Positions 51,544 through 64,000 of a DNA stretch of 64,000 nucleotides are shown piece after piece; position 1 is the stretch's first letter; every line of letters begins with the position of its first letter. Location of the stretch: positions 62,001 to 126,000 of the forward strand of contig JAHLWZ010000791.1 in assembly GCA_020536535.1 (NCBI GenBank), read 5' to 3'. The notes beneath the pieces are model-generated. The model was not told the origin of the DNA. It did not search any database and was given only the letters and a program-made list of their open reading frames with translations. The stretch is from Pelomyxa schiedti. Its lineage: Eukaryota; Protista; Evosea. The translations under genes and the position numbers were made by a program.

Positions 51544-53386
51544 TTAGGCGTCTTCTTCCCTTTTCATAACAACTTCGAGGTGATCGCCTGCTGTAAGGCA
51601 TGCCAGGTCGTCATGTTCGTTTATTATGATATTGTCGTTTTTAACAAGATAGCTCACCTGTTGATTTTGTGTTAGAGGGTGGCTTTCAACGGGGACATAC
51701 TTTTGAGCTTGAGCACTTAACACGTTTCGATACTACTTCCAGGAATTGTTCGTAGGACTGGAATGAAGTCCCCTCCATAAAAGCAATCTCCTTGTAGAAA
51801 GTGTCACCTTGGATCCTGACGAACAAGGCCGGAGGTGTTCGGGTTTGACTTCGAAGATATCCGACAGTGTAGAAGAATCCTGCTATCCATCAGATGAATA
51901 TGGCATACTTCACAATGACAAAGAACCTCGAAAGCCAAAGCGCAAGCAGTTTGAAATCTTCTGAAGGAACATCTGAACATAGTCACTGAGGGATGTACCA
52001 TGTATCTCAGATGTAAATGGTGACACAAATATGGAACAGATCATCTAAGAAGGTCTATAACAAAAGGATAGAAGTGTGTTCTTACATTAAAGATGATGAA
52101 CAGCACGCTTAAAATCGAAGCTAAAATGCTCGCAGTGGAGGACACATGTGGATGGCAGAGCACATGTGAGTTGTTAATACCCGTATAAAATCCCTGTGAT
52201 ATTTAAGTTATAACAGAGTTGTGCAGTAGAATTACATTGAGCCAGGAAATATTGGAGATAGCAAGTAAGAATACAAAAAGTAGACATATTGAAGAAATCC
52301 ACTGGGATAAGTGATACTTGGAGAAGTTAATCAAAGAAGAACAAGTCTAAGTAACACATACAAGGACACAAGGTAATTTGCGTGAGTCACCAAGGCCATA
52401 CAGAAGTAGCAAGCCACCTGCTATCACACAAAGAAAATCAAGCATGGCGAAGCCAAACATCGTAGGCCGTGCATGAAGCTTGACCCGAAACTCAACCACG
52501 TCCTCATTGTACACAGTCCTCGAACACTCTGCCTGTACCGCAAGGTGCTTTTCTCCTCCACACGGGCGACCAAAGATACTATCGCTAGCATAGATTGTAC
52601 ATTCTTGTTGTGAAACACAGGCAGAACTTACAACCGACATAGACCTTTCAGAGTGGCACCATGAAGTCATATAATTTCCGCAAGTTCCTTTCTTTTTTTT
52701 TAGTGCGGTATCAAAAAGAATAGAGATACCTTGAGGAAGGCCGTAACTTGCAAAAGAGATTGATTCAAACGTTCCACCTCTATCACACTGAAGAGTGAGC
52801 TCCGTGTTTTGCGGTGTCTCCCAACAAACAGACCACCTCTTTTATCCCCCGTAAGGAGATTAAAGTGAGATCAAAAACTCGAGGCCACCCAGCGTAAGCA
52901 ACAACAAACCTCAATCTGCGTGTCCAGAAGGTCCCTCGTCCACAGAGTCCTGTTGACATTGGCCTGCTTCATATAGTTCTCGTTTTTCCGACGGACGGCA
53001 ACGGGCCAAGCCTCGTCCTGTGCCGCGTCGTTGTAGCCGAAGTCGTCCGTCGCCGCAGTTTTCGCCGGTATCACGCACACAGTCTCCTTCCCTCCATCCA
53101 GCGAGGCGACGCCCGACGTCGCCGCCACCATCGCCGCCAAAACCATGCAGGCCGCCACAAGTGAGAAAGATACGAGACCGCCGCGCGAGCGGAAAAGCCT
53201 ACGCACCCACGCCGGGTCGGTGACTCCGCCGGTCGTGCGTGTCGCCGTCGTAGCCGTCGTAGATGTTGAGGGCGCCAGCGACGACGAAGAGGAGGAGGAA
53301 GAGGCTGCTGCAGATCTTGACGTTGCTGTAGAAGACACATCTGTCGTGTTTAGCGGGACATCGCCGTATGACTGGCCGTCTTCCAT
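51544..53386 (-). CDS. Multi-pass membrane protein with a SUEL/galactose-rhamnose-binding lectin domain
   Basis: LQCDRGGTFESISFASYGLPQ, intron, GTCGNY..CHSERSMSVVSSACVSQQECTIYASDSIFGRPCGGEKHLAVQAEC matches the SUEL cysteine pattern. Hydrophobic segments lie before and after it. Confidence 0.8.
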
Positions 53387-53640
53387 TGGGGGAAAAGATA
53401 ATTCTTGTGAATCTGTCTGATCTACGAAGTGCCACCACGATGAAATTCTGGTTTTTCAGCTAAAACCCCTCGAGGTCTGCAAACAAGGAAATCGTGAAGC
53501 ACTGGGAACGAGAAACAACAAAAATCAGCCTCCGCGAACAGCGCAGTACCAACAACAACAAAAAAACAACCAACAACAAAAAAGAAGAAATAAAGCCCCA
53601 GACACACAGCGTGTCACATACAGCAAAACTACTACAAAAA

Positions 53641-56600
53641 ATGGCTGCCACATCGACGGGGGAGGATGTTCCTGCCGAAGACGCCTCGTCGTTTATCAAC
53701 CTCAAGGTGACTTTGCCGGGGAAGGGTGTCACTCGTGCAATTAGAGTAAACGTGAAGCTGCCTGTCTCTGACATTATGGCTGATGTTGCAGAGAAAGTGC
53801 GTTTTAATCAGAGTGTTGGGAGCTGTGGCTTGCTTCATCATTTTCTGTATTTGTATTGTTTAATAATGAGTTAATTGATTTGATTGGACACACACCCTTT
53901 CCAGTCGTGACACACCACACCGAATAGTTATCATAACTTTTTTTTCCCCCCATTCTAGACTGGGGAAGGGAGCCCAGAGCATATGTTACTTCTTCCAAGT
54001 AAAACTGATGGCAAACGCGCCACGCCGGCCAAGTGGTTACTCCCTGAGAAAACATTCTCGTTTTATGAAATTGATGATGTATGACAGCCTCCTTAAGCTC
54101 CTCTTTCGTCAAAACTTACCCTTCTCGTTATTTTTCTTTGAAAAACATCAGGGTGAAGAACTCTATTACAAAAAGAAAATTCGCCCACAAAAAATAAAAA
54201 CTGTTGATGGCACCATCAGAACTGTCATGGTTGATGACACACTTCCAGTATCAGTATGCGTACTCTGTTTTATTATTCATGTTCCAAGTCAGTCTTAGAG
54301 TATTATTGGCACATTGCTTGGCAAGCTTGGAATCATTATAGTTGACGAATGGGGAATTCAGGAAGATGGAAAAGGTATCCTCTTAAGTGGGAGATAGAAA
54401 TATGACATGACATTATTAAGATAAATGGTTGTATGAAAATCAATCCCTGCTGGAGCAATTTGTTGATGAAAGTGCTGTTATTGTGCTAAAGAAAAAGCTT
54501 TTCATGTTTGATCGCGAGGTGGACAAGGGAGATGAGCAGCAAGTCAACTTGCTTTATGTTTCTGTAAGTGCCCTCATTTTTTAAATGTTCTCCTCGAATA
54601 CCCTCCTCAGACAAGGGATGCCATCAATGAGGGGAAGTACCCTCTGACGGAAGAGGAAGCTCTTGACCTTGCTGTTATAGAAGCCCGTATCCAACTAGGT
54701 GAATTTGATTTTGATAAAGAGCGAGAATCGAGAAATCCAGAAAAACCCAAGGCCACAAAAGAATATGATGCATATGTAAAACAAGTCAAGAAGTAACTAA
54801 GCAGTGACTTTGGCATTATTATTCACAACAATAGGGATATCAAGAAAAAATGCTTGCCCCCTCCTTTGAACAAGTCACACAAAGACCGGCACATAGAATT
54901 CATTTTTACTGAATACAAGAAGATGTCTGGTATAGACCTCAAGGGTATCAAACACCGATATGTACAGAAGGCACAGTCACTAAAAACATTTGGAATTACT
55001 ACATTTCCTGTGAAGGTGCCGTACTCTTTAAAATTCTCTTTACAATCACAATTTGTCTAGTTGAAAGTTGGACGTCACCAAAAAGAAGAACTTTTTGGTG
55101 TTACTCGTGATGCCATTGTCCGTATGGACCCTGTAACAATGGTATTACCATATAATATGAAATTATTGACGCGATTAATCACTAAAACAGGATGTAATAA
55201 AGCGGTATCCTCTTGCCCATGTAAAACGCTGTGGGGGTGTGGATACTTTCACGGTTGACTTTGGAAACTATGATACTGATTATTTGGTTATGATGACAAA
55301 TCAAGCTGGTGAGATTAGCAAACTCATTGCAGGCTACATCGATTTGATAGTAAAAATGCGCACCGGTACTCAATTGAGGAATATGTTGCCAACCCTAAAA
55401 AACAAAATAGAGGCTAGTAAGCCACCTGTGGATACTGATGTAAAGCATGCCACAGCTGAACTTACCGAAGTTGTTGATGCAACAGCAACATCCCTTCCCC
55501 CGTTCAGAAGTTCTTCAGTTCCAAGTGGCCTGCGCTCTCATATGTCAGTTTCTCCACTGTACGTGGTTTCTACTTGCTATGAAGTTTAAATTTGCACAGA
55601 CGAAACGCCAGTGGCAAATTGACGATCCGAGGACCACTGTCTCAGGTAGTTATAGACGATATTCCAACTGCTACACAAGCTTTTATTGCGTACAGTGAAG
55701 AATTGTCTTCCACACCAACTGCAATATCCAGAGACAAGTCTGACATTCACCTCATTCTCCTTCTATTAAACACAAGCTATTAGTGTGGGAAATGTATCTG
55801 CTCTGAAAACCCAAATTGTGCAGTCTTACAGTGCCATTAAATATTCAGTTGCCCAGATTTTCAATGTCAACACTTGTCATATGAGTGTACCTTACATTAT
55901 GTAGGGTGTGGAAGACGGTAAGCAGATGCTGTCCCGCCAAATGGTAATTGAGAATGCCAAAGCTACAATGGCACAAGTTCGGGAGTTAGCAAACCAGGCA
56001 AAATTCTTATCTCCTGAAGATTACTCTGGCCTCTCTATGCTGGATGCTGCTAGAGGACTTGTGACTTCGATGGCTGGGTGTGCATGTATGCTCACCACGA
56101 GTAATGTAATAGGCATTCCATAGGATTTATGGATGCTGTGAGGACACCTCAGAGGGTGTTACACTATCACCAGAGCAACGCACATCCTATCAAGAAGCAG
56201 AAAAAAGGTTTACAGCTGCCTCAGCACTAGTGGATGCCATTATTTCGTATGTGGTGACTTTCTATTCAAATTTGTTGAACAACCTAGTGGAAAAGGAATT
56301 GCGGACCTATCTTCATCTTCTCTTATGATAGAATGTTCTAAGGTCTTTCAGCCCTCAGTTATTACTACCTCACATTCGAAAGAATCTTGTCAGTTCTACT
56401 CAAGACTTATTTTCCACGGCTGTGACCTGTAGTGCTAACTTGCCTGATCCTTCAAAGAAAAACTTAATTGCTGGCGCTCAGCAAGTATACATCCCTCTTC
56501 ATGGTAGTACTCACAAGGCTAGGTTATGGACCTTGCTTTTGTTTCTCACAATGTAACTACGACAATGGCTCCAGGCGCACTTATTCCAGCATGCAAAGCT

Positions 56601-59600
56601 GAAGTGAGTGCATCCCAAGCATTTTATTAATGGAGTAACAATCCAGGCAGATTGTCAGTTCTGTTCAAGACCTAAAGAGCCAGCTCACAAATGTATTGAA
56701 AGATGCGTTGGCAGTTTTTGAAGTGACTGAAAGAACAACCATCGCTGCCAAAGCACAGGTTCTTACCCAGGAGAATTTCTTTTGTTTCACACATTAAGAC
56801 TGTATCTGAAGCAATAGCGGCATTGCTGCAGGCCGCAGAACTTTCCGAGCCTGCTTGTCCCATGCTCCCAGCACAGGTAGCCGAGTTTGTAGAGGCCATG
56901 AAAGAACTCTCAATTTCCTTTGTTGACCTGAAGTATGTTGCCATTGACGATTTGTCAAGTAATCTAGTACACAGAGAAGCTGCTGGGAATCGTGCAAAAA
57001 CTGTTTTTTCCACAAAACAAGTTGCAACTTCTGTGTGCAAGGTGGTTGCTAGAAGGAAAAGTCTTTCGTCAGATGTCGATCCCGCGACGAGGACCAGGTT
57101 GTTGGATTCTGCCAAAGAAATAGCAAATCTTGTAAATAGTATGTTTTCCTTGTTGATTCCCTCTCTTAATTTCACAACCCCAAAGAGCTCTTCCAAGCAG
57201 CCAAAAATAGCGCTGAAGATATCGAAAATAAACAAAAACAGGAAGCCTTTTTGGCCATTTCTGGCATGCTGAATGAAGCAACACAAGAAATGATATTTAT
57301 ATCAGGGAAAAATTCTGCTGCCACCAATCTTCGTAGAGAAGCCAAGGCAAGCAAAAATTTAAACAGGAACACGCTAACTTAATTGCCACAAGGCGTTGCT
57401 TGCAGCTTCCATAGCCAATGTTGCTTCTTATAAGGAGAACGTAACATTAGTTCCAGAGGCACACACTGACAAGATGGCCACATCATCAAGTTCACTTGCA
57501 GACGTAATTAAATCCTATGCAACCGTTGTGAAGGTTGTTTCTGAATGTACCTTTATCCCAAGAAATTAACCAAGACGTGAAGGTAGCCTGCAAGGACCCT
57601 TCATCCTCATCAGCACAAGTAGATCTTCTTGAGCAAACACAGAAGGCTTGCGCAGTGGCTTTACAGCTGGTTGTTGATTCAAACGAACTTGTTGCTGACT
57701 CTAAAACCCCAGCCACAGCTAAACTTTTTGCTGAACCTGCAGCCCGGTATCCTTAGAGAGTGTTTCATTCCTTTTTTTTTTACTCCCCACCCAGAACAAA
57801 AGCAGCAGCCGAAGCTGCTGAGAGAGCTTGTCAGGCATTCAAAGAAGTTAATGGGCAGACAGCAATTTCCGAAATAATCGAGGAATTGGAAGCAATGGTA
57901 GCAGAAATGGATATCACTGAGACTGCAATAACAAGTGAGTGCTTATCAATAACACATATCGACTGATTCATATCAGCTGGGTATTTGGACCAGACAATAG
58001 ATCCCAGTGCTCATGCTGAGGCCTTTACACTTTTATCTGACTCCGCCAAGTTACTGACGGTAGCGTCACAAGACCTTCTTGATGCCGCCAAGAACAACCC
58101 TCGCAAGGTATAGTTCTCTGTCTGGCATTATCTTATATTGTCAAGCTCCCTATGAAAGCAACTGGAGTCTCCGAATGTACAAGCCAAGTCGTAACTGCAG
58201 CTAAAGCTGTTGTATCAACACTACCCTCCAAAGCCCAGCAATTTGCAACCCTTAAACTGGCAAAAGACCTCACGCGAACAATCCAAGGTTCCACATAATA
58301 TGTATCCATAAACTGTGATGTGACTCCTGTTTTCAGAGCTTGTTTCAACTGGAAAACTCCTTACAATGAAGCCAAATGATGAGAATATTCAAGTTGCCCT
58401 CGATCTGACTTACCAAAAAGTTGGAACTGGAATCGCCAATCTATTGTCTTCAGAGGTGGGCAAGGAAAAACCAATTATTTTGTAATATGAAAAAGGTCGA
58501 TTCGAAAGAAATTGACAGTGCCGTGGAACTTATAAATGAGCAACTCGGATTGCTTTCTGCAGTCCAAAATGACAAAATCCCTATGAAAAGAGCAGCAGAA
58601 CGTGTTGGCCTATCCACCAAAGCATTGAGTGCAGCATTGCAGCAGCTTGCTGTTTCTGTTCAAACAAACCCTCAAGGAATTTCTTCCGCAGTTAAGCTTA
58701 TGTCTTCCACTGTGCCTCCTCTCATTTCTGCAGTCAACCTGGCCGGTATTCCAGCTTCCTTTCTTCATTTTTCTAAATCAACAAGCTGGGGCATCTCCAA
58801 ATGAAGCCACCGCCGGCCAAGTTCTTGAAGCAACCCGAGCACTTGTGGATCAGGCAAGTTCGGTTATCAGACTGGCTAAAGCTTCTGGAGCTGCTCGAGG
58901 ATCTGGCGGGATGAACAAGTACCACTAATAACTGATATCTTCCAAATGCATCTCATTATTTCCAGGACTATTCTTGATGCAGTTAAATCTGTGTCGGCTT
59001 CCATTGGACGTCTTCTTCGCACTCTCGGTGCTGTCTCTAATAACGACTGTGAAGAAGCGCTTGGGGTATTCAACGACGTGTTGTGCCCTGTTTTTTACTT
59101 CTATTAGGTCATATCCTCCACAATTAAAGAGCTGAATAATCTTGATGGTGTACAACCTGTTACACCAGCAGTTGCTGTTCGTAAAATAGCTGAAATATCA
59201 AACTGCATGGTGGAGCAATTAGAGGGAATTCAGTCTGTTGCTCACACAGACCCTGGTATTTCCCCAGATATTCAAATCTCAGCAGACATTGAATCCAGGT
59301 GCTCTTGGGAATTATGCACGTGGTACAGCACAACAACTTAGACTTCTTGTTGACACAACTCGTTCTTTGACTGCCAAAGAGGTTCCCTACGTTCCAGAAA
59401 AATTTTTAGGACCATCTGAACAACTACTGGCAGCTATCAGCAACATAAATTCAGAAGAAATAGGGGTTAGTGCCAAATCGATTCAGGCCTCTGTGTCTGG
59501 ACTTCTCACTGCTGCACTGGATGAAGCTGGTAAGACTGATACGACAAAAGAGCATGCCCTTGCCTTGAGAAAAAATGCTGCCATTCTGAAGAATCTTGTA

Positions 59601-62600
59601 CCCAAATTCGCTATTGCAGCGAAGGCCATAGTGGGTGGAGATTCATCCGGAAAGGAGGAGATGGAAACAGTGGCAAAAAATTTCCGGGACACCACAGGGA
59701 AATTGCTTGAAGTTGTTACTGTTCAGCCAGCAGCGAAGTTTCTCACCAAATCACTCTTCTTGCTTTACCAATCAATAACTCAGGGATGCTTTGGAAGAGG
59801 GCAAGAAGGACAAAATTATAAGCGCCGCCCGGGAGGTGGGTATGAATGCCTCACAACTCATACTTTCCGCAATGTCTGTTTCTGCAAAACCTCAAGACAC
59901 TGATCTCCGAGGTACTATGGCAGAAAATGGCACAACTGCAGTGGAGTCTGTGAAATCATTTATAAGAATTGGTATGTTGGCACAAGATGAAGTTCGCCTT
60001 TTAACACACAACAGGAAATGGTTGTGTTCCTGGAGCAGATCAAGTTGAGTCAAGCATTGATTCTCTTCAAGGCACCGATAGTGATCTTGCTGCAGCATCA
60101 ATGGCAGTTGCTGTTGGCTCAATTGCCGATAGTGCTTCCTCCATCCCGAGTGAAAAGCTCCAAGACATGCTAGTCACACAATCAAAGATTGTTGGTACAA
60201 AAATCGCGGCTGTCGAAGCTTCAGCACGCATGCACCCCGCAGTTGTAGGGAAGGCTGCTCAGGAATGCTCCGCCGAAGGTTGGGTTCACACTTTTCCTTT
60301 GCCTCTCAATGCAGTACAGTGAAGGAAATCGGACTACTAGCTATACAAATGGCCGCTATATTAGAAGACACAGAGATGCAAACAGAATTGATCAACAACG
60401 CTAAAGCACTCTCTGATGCATCTCTCAAACTCGTACAATCAGCATTCAGTTGTACATGTAACCCTTCAGTAGAAGGAAGCAAGGTTTTGCTGACGCATTG
60501 TTAACGTGTCTCTAATGTCCATAGGAAGTCACTGTTACGAGTCAAGCTGCGACTCAAGCTCTGAGCCAGCTCGTTTCAAATCTCGGTGCCACTTCTACTC
60601 TTCTGGTAGATATGGATGAAGCGCTTTCTGACATTGAGAGGTTTTTGTGGTGCCCTAGTTCATCATCTTTTCTCACCTGTGAAAAAGGACCGCCACCCAA
60701 ATGGGAGAAATAACTCCCCCACCTGATATTGTATCATATGAACAGTGCAAAGCAGAGCTAACCAACGCTTGCAAAGGGATTACTAGTGGTATACGCACTC
60801 TATCTGCAGCCGATAAAATCAACCTCATGCAGGTGAAACAATTTCTTCTGCAGTAAAGTTCTAATCCATTTAGCTTGGAAACACTGCTAGAGGTGTTGCC
60901 CAGGTTTGCAGCTTACTTCCGCAGTCCCTTCACTTTGCACAAGCCCTTGCCCCAACACCAGAGATAGGAGAAAGTCTTGTTACTCATGGAAATGCACTTA
61001 TTTCATCTACACACGCGGTCGTTAAGTGTGCTAAAGTAACTCTGACCCTTCTAACACTAGTCTCTTGAACTTATCTTTCTCAAGAAACTGGCTCAAGAGA
61101 AGAAGAATAAAAAAATTGCTTCGGCACTTCTGGCTGCTTTTCAGGAATGCACTAAAGCAATCTCCGATTTACTTGCTGTGGCAAAGAAAGGTGCTGTTGG
61201 GGAGCAAATGTGTAATGAAGCAATGGATTCTATCAAGAAAGTTATTGCTGAAATCGACTCCTCAATGTTATTCGCGTCTGCTGGACAGTTGGAGTCGAAT
61301 ACCACAAGTAGACCACAAGAACTTCACCAAGCCTTATTGGCAATGGTACAAGAAATTGGCGACAATTGCGGCAGACTTGAGGGTGCAGCAAAGTCCTCCT
61401 CAGAGGTGCAAGTTGGAGAAGCAGTCAAAAGTGTTGCAACAAAAGTGGGGCAACTTTCTACTCAATGCTTGGAAGTTGCTGGTGCTTTCAGGTCAATCTG
61501 TCTCTTCCCATTTTCTTGGAGACTTACTCATTACAGAAATACTTCTACCCAACAAGAGATACTCTCTGCAGGCAAGGCCGCTGCCATTTCAACACAAGCT
61601 CTGATCTTTGCAAGTAAGAGTGCACGTGGAAGTAATGCAAATGGACTTCGATCACTCTCTAAAGCAGCCGAGGGTGTTTCTGACTCACTTGGTACGTAAG
61701 CTTCCTCTTCAGAAAAAAATTAACTGTAAGCAAGGTCAACTATTGAGAGCATCACAACGTGCACTGGATGATCTTTCGAAGGGAAGTAAAGATCTTATTA
61801 CTGCCAAGGCAAAAATCAGTGCATTACGAGAGCAATTCCCATCTGAAATAGAACCCAACAAGGACTCCTCCCCAAAATCTGTCGTTGACACAGCTAAAAG
61901 TCTCGTTGGTTTGGACCTTGCCGTTGTGACAACCTTTAACCAAATTTAGCATTGTCTGCCTCCCTCACCTCGGCTCTTTTTTCCAATAACCAAGATGAAA
62001 TGAGCAGGGTAGCACAATCACTGGTTGATCAGACATCCCGACTCCTCAAAGACACACTGGTACCAACACCGTGACTGTAAGGACTAAACTCTTTGCAGGG
62101 AATTCACCTTCAGCTACCTGAAAAGACCACAATACATGATAAGATGAATAATTCCATTGGAGAGACAGTAAGGTGCATAGAAAGCCTATTGGAAGTAGCG
62201 TCTGCTATGGCTACAGCAGAAGAACCAGAAAAACGAGCATTTAAAAAAAAGGTTTTTTTCCTTGGGGTTCACTTTGGTTAATTTAAGCGCCAGATGGAGA
62301 AAGCCTCTGCAGCAGTTGCCATGACACTCCAAAATATTGGCGATGTTCTTCAGCAGTACCCTGGCGGAGAGGCACTTGCCCTGGAGGAATCAATAAAGGA
62401 AGCAGAAGAACTTGAAATGACGGCAGAAAGGTAAAGAGCCGTACTTTTTCCGTATGTTCTGACTTCTACCCAGAGAACTTAAGAAATGCATTCAAGCAAT
62501 AGATTCAGGTTCTGCAAAATTGTTGGCTTCAAAGCCCGTTGTAAAGCCTAAAGCTGTGAGATTTCCCATCCCCTGTCTTTCCCTAACATGGTACCAGCCA

Positions 62601-63414
62601 GGGGCGAAATTAGACCAAGTGGATATTAGTTGCATCATTAAAGATGGTGCAGCAGCAATTACTTCAGCAAGCAGTAATTTGATGAAGTACGCTTCCACTG
62701 CGCAGGTACATTGCTGCCTTGAAGTTAACACAAAATAACACCTAGCATAGGGCAGTAGAATCACCCTTTTGCGAGCCGGAAGTGTGAAGTACCGCTCTGA
62801 TCCTCTTTGGACTAATGCTCTCATAGCAGCTGCCCAAGTTGCTACACTCCTTTTACAACTTTCAATTAACCTAACGCAGGCTGTTTCAGCCAAAGTGGCA
62901 GCACTTGTTGCCGCTGCGATAAAGGCAAACCCCACAGAAGAAGAGATAGTTTCTACATCAAGTGGGGTTAGCACTGCGACGGCAGCACTGGTTAATGCCA
63001 CAAAGCAGCGTGTCTATGATCCTAGCAGTGTGGTACTTTAATTTGCAGTCTCACGTTGAGTTAACACAACACTTAGGAACAACAGAACATGGCAAATGCA
63101 GCCAAATCCGTGGCCGCCTCCACCGTGGCACTCGTTACTGCAGCCAAGAAAGCATTAGAGCCAGTTGAAATAGAGGAGGTATGGCTGCAGAACAATTCCA
63201 TTCCCCTTTTTCCTAATCCACACAAAGTCTTCAGCAAGTACCATAATAACAGGCACTGGAGGTTATGACTGGGAATTGGAGAAACAAATTGAAGTTGAGA
63301 AAATAGAAGCTCAACTCCGGCGAGCCAGGTCCGACATGCAGAAGGTTTCTATTTCCCACAAATGACCCAAAGTTTCTGATTTGAATTTAACAGCTTAGAG
63401 GAGGCAAAAGTTAG
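53641..63414 (+). CDS. talA: Talin (FERM head, helical-bundle rod, I/LWEQ tail)
   Basis: RPQKIKTVDGTIRTVMVDDT, YVQKAQSLKTFGITTF, FTVDFGNY, EISKLIAGYIDLIVK, a long Ala-rich helical rod, YRSDPLWTNALIAAA and ELEKQIEVEKIEAQLRRAR. Stop at 63412-63414. Confidence 0.95.
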
Positions 63415-63625
63415 TTGTATATAGAATAGAACGACTGTGATTTATCCATTGTTAAAACAAAGAAAGTTTTGCAGTTTACACCCTCTCATTTGAAAAAAGA
63501 ACCAAGCGTTATTAGTGAAACAAAAAACAGCCGCGACGAAGGTTTTGGAACTGCATCGAACGGATTTGTTTTCCAATCGGTTTTAAAATTGGTTTTCTAG
63601 ATAGAACAAAAACATAGTGGAGCTT

Positions 63626-64000
63626 TCACCCAGACCCTGTGTAGCTCTGGTAGTACCCACTGCTATCCAGAGTGTAAACCGCCCAAGACATGGCCGTTTG
63701 CAGGGCTGTGATGATTTCTTTGGTATCTGGTGGTAGACTTTTGATAAACTGGTCCAAATCCATAGCATAGTTTACAGACTCCCAGCCTGCAGGCCACACT
63801 TCTGCAAGAAGAAGTTCTACTTTTTTACAAACATCCTTTGCGAGATGTTAGTACAGCGGTTTTAAAAGTTTTACAGGGAACACACGGCTGGTGGTAATTC
63901 GCCGTAAGATGTAAGGTCATAGGCTTTACCATAAAAGTCAACATGCGTTACAGCGTCGGGATCACAGGCTTCAACATACGATCTGAAGCCTGGAACCCAG
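63626..64000 (-). CDS. 3' end of a hypothetical protein (runs off the right edge)
   Basis: Two exons reading WVPGFRSYVEACDPD...ELPPA, intron, DVCKKVELL...YYQSYTGSG, stop. Confidence 0.55.

Overview
Gene-dense eukaryotic genomic DNA with many short (about 45-60 nt) GT-AG introns, A/T-tract intergenic spacers and Thr/Ser/Ala low-complexity insertions. The gene content (talin, coronin, RasGEF) points to an amoebozoan, and the style resembles Archamoebae such as Pelomyxa; this is inference only. About 20 host genes were read manually across introns: endonuclease V, a Sel1-repeat protein, a cation/H+ antiporter, a possible RasGAP-fold protein, coronin, a Pho80/P-type cyclin, a MORN protein, a RING protein, RasGEF-PH-RhoGAP, an MPPED-like phosphoesterase, a Kelch-F-box-Ras fusion, an alkaline-phosphatase-superfamily membrane protein, a Hint/Vint protein, an Ank-GRAM-NmrA-EF-hand-PIP5K gene, a SUEL-lectin membrane protein, talin and several hypotheticals. 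The standout is a 4.1-kb DNA transposon (28181-32275). It has 17-bp terminal inverted repeats and subterminal repeat arrays, and it encodes a transposase that keeps the RAG1/Transib core motifs, including the D-D-E triad. Its termini read CAT rather than CAC, it has no visible target-site duplication, it carries an extra spliced upstream module, and it is strongly CpG-depleted. Gene models and family calls come from manual motif reading without database searches, and the ends of multi-exon genes are approximate.
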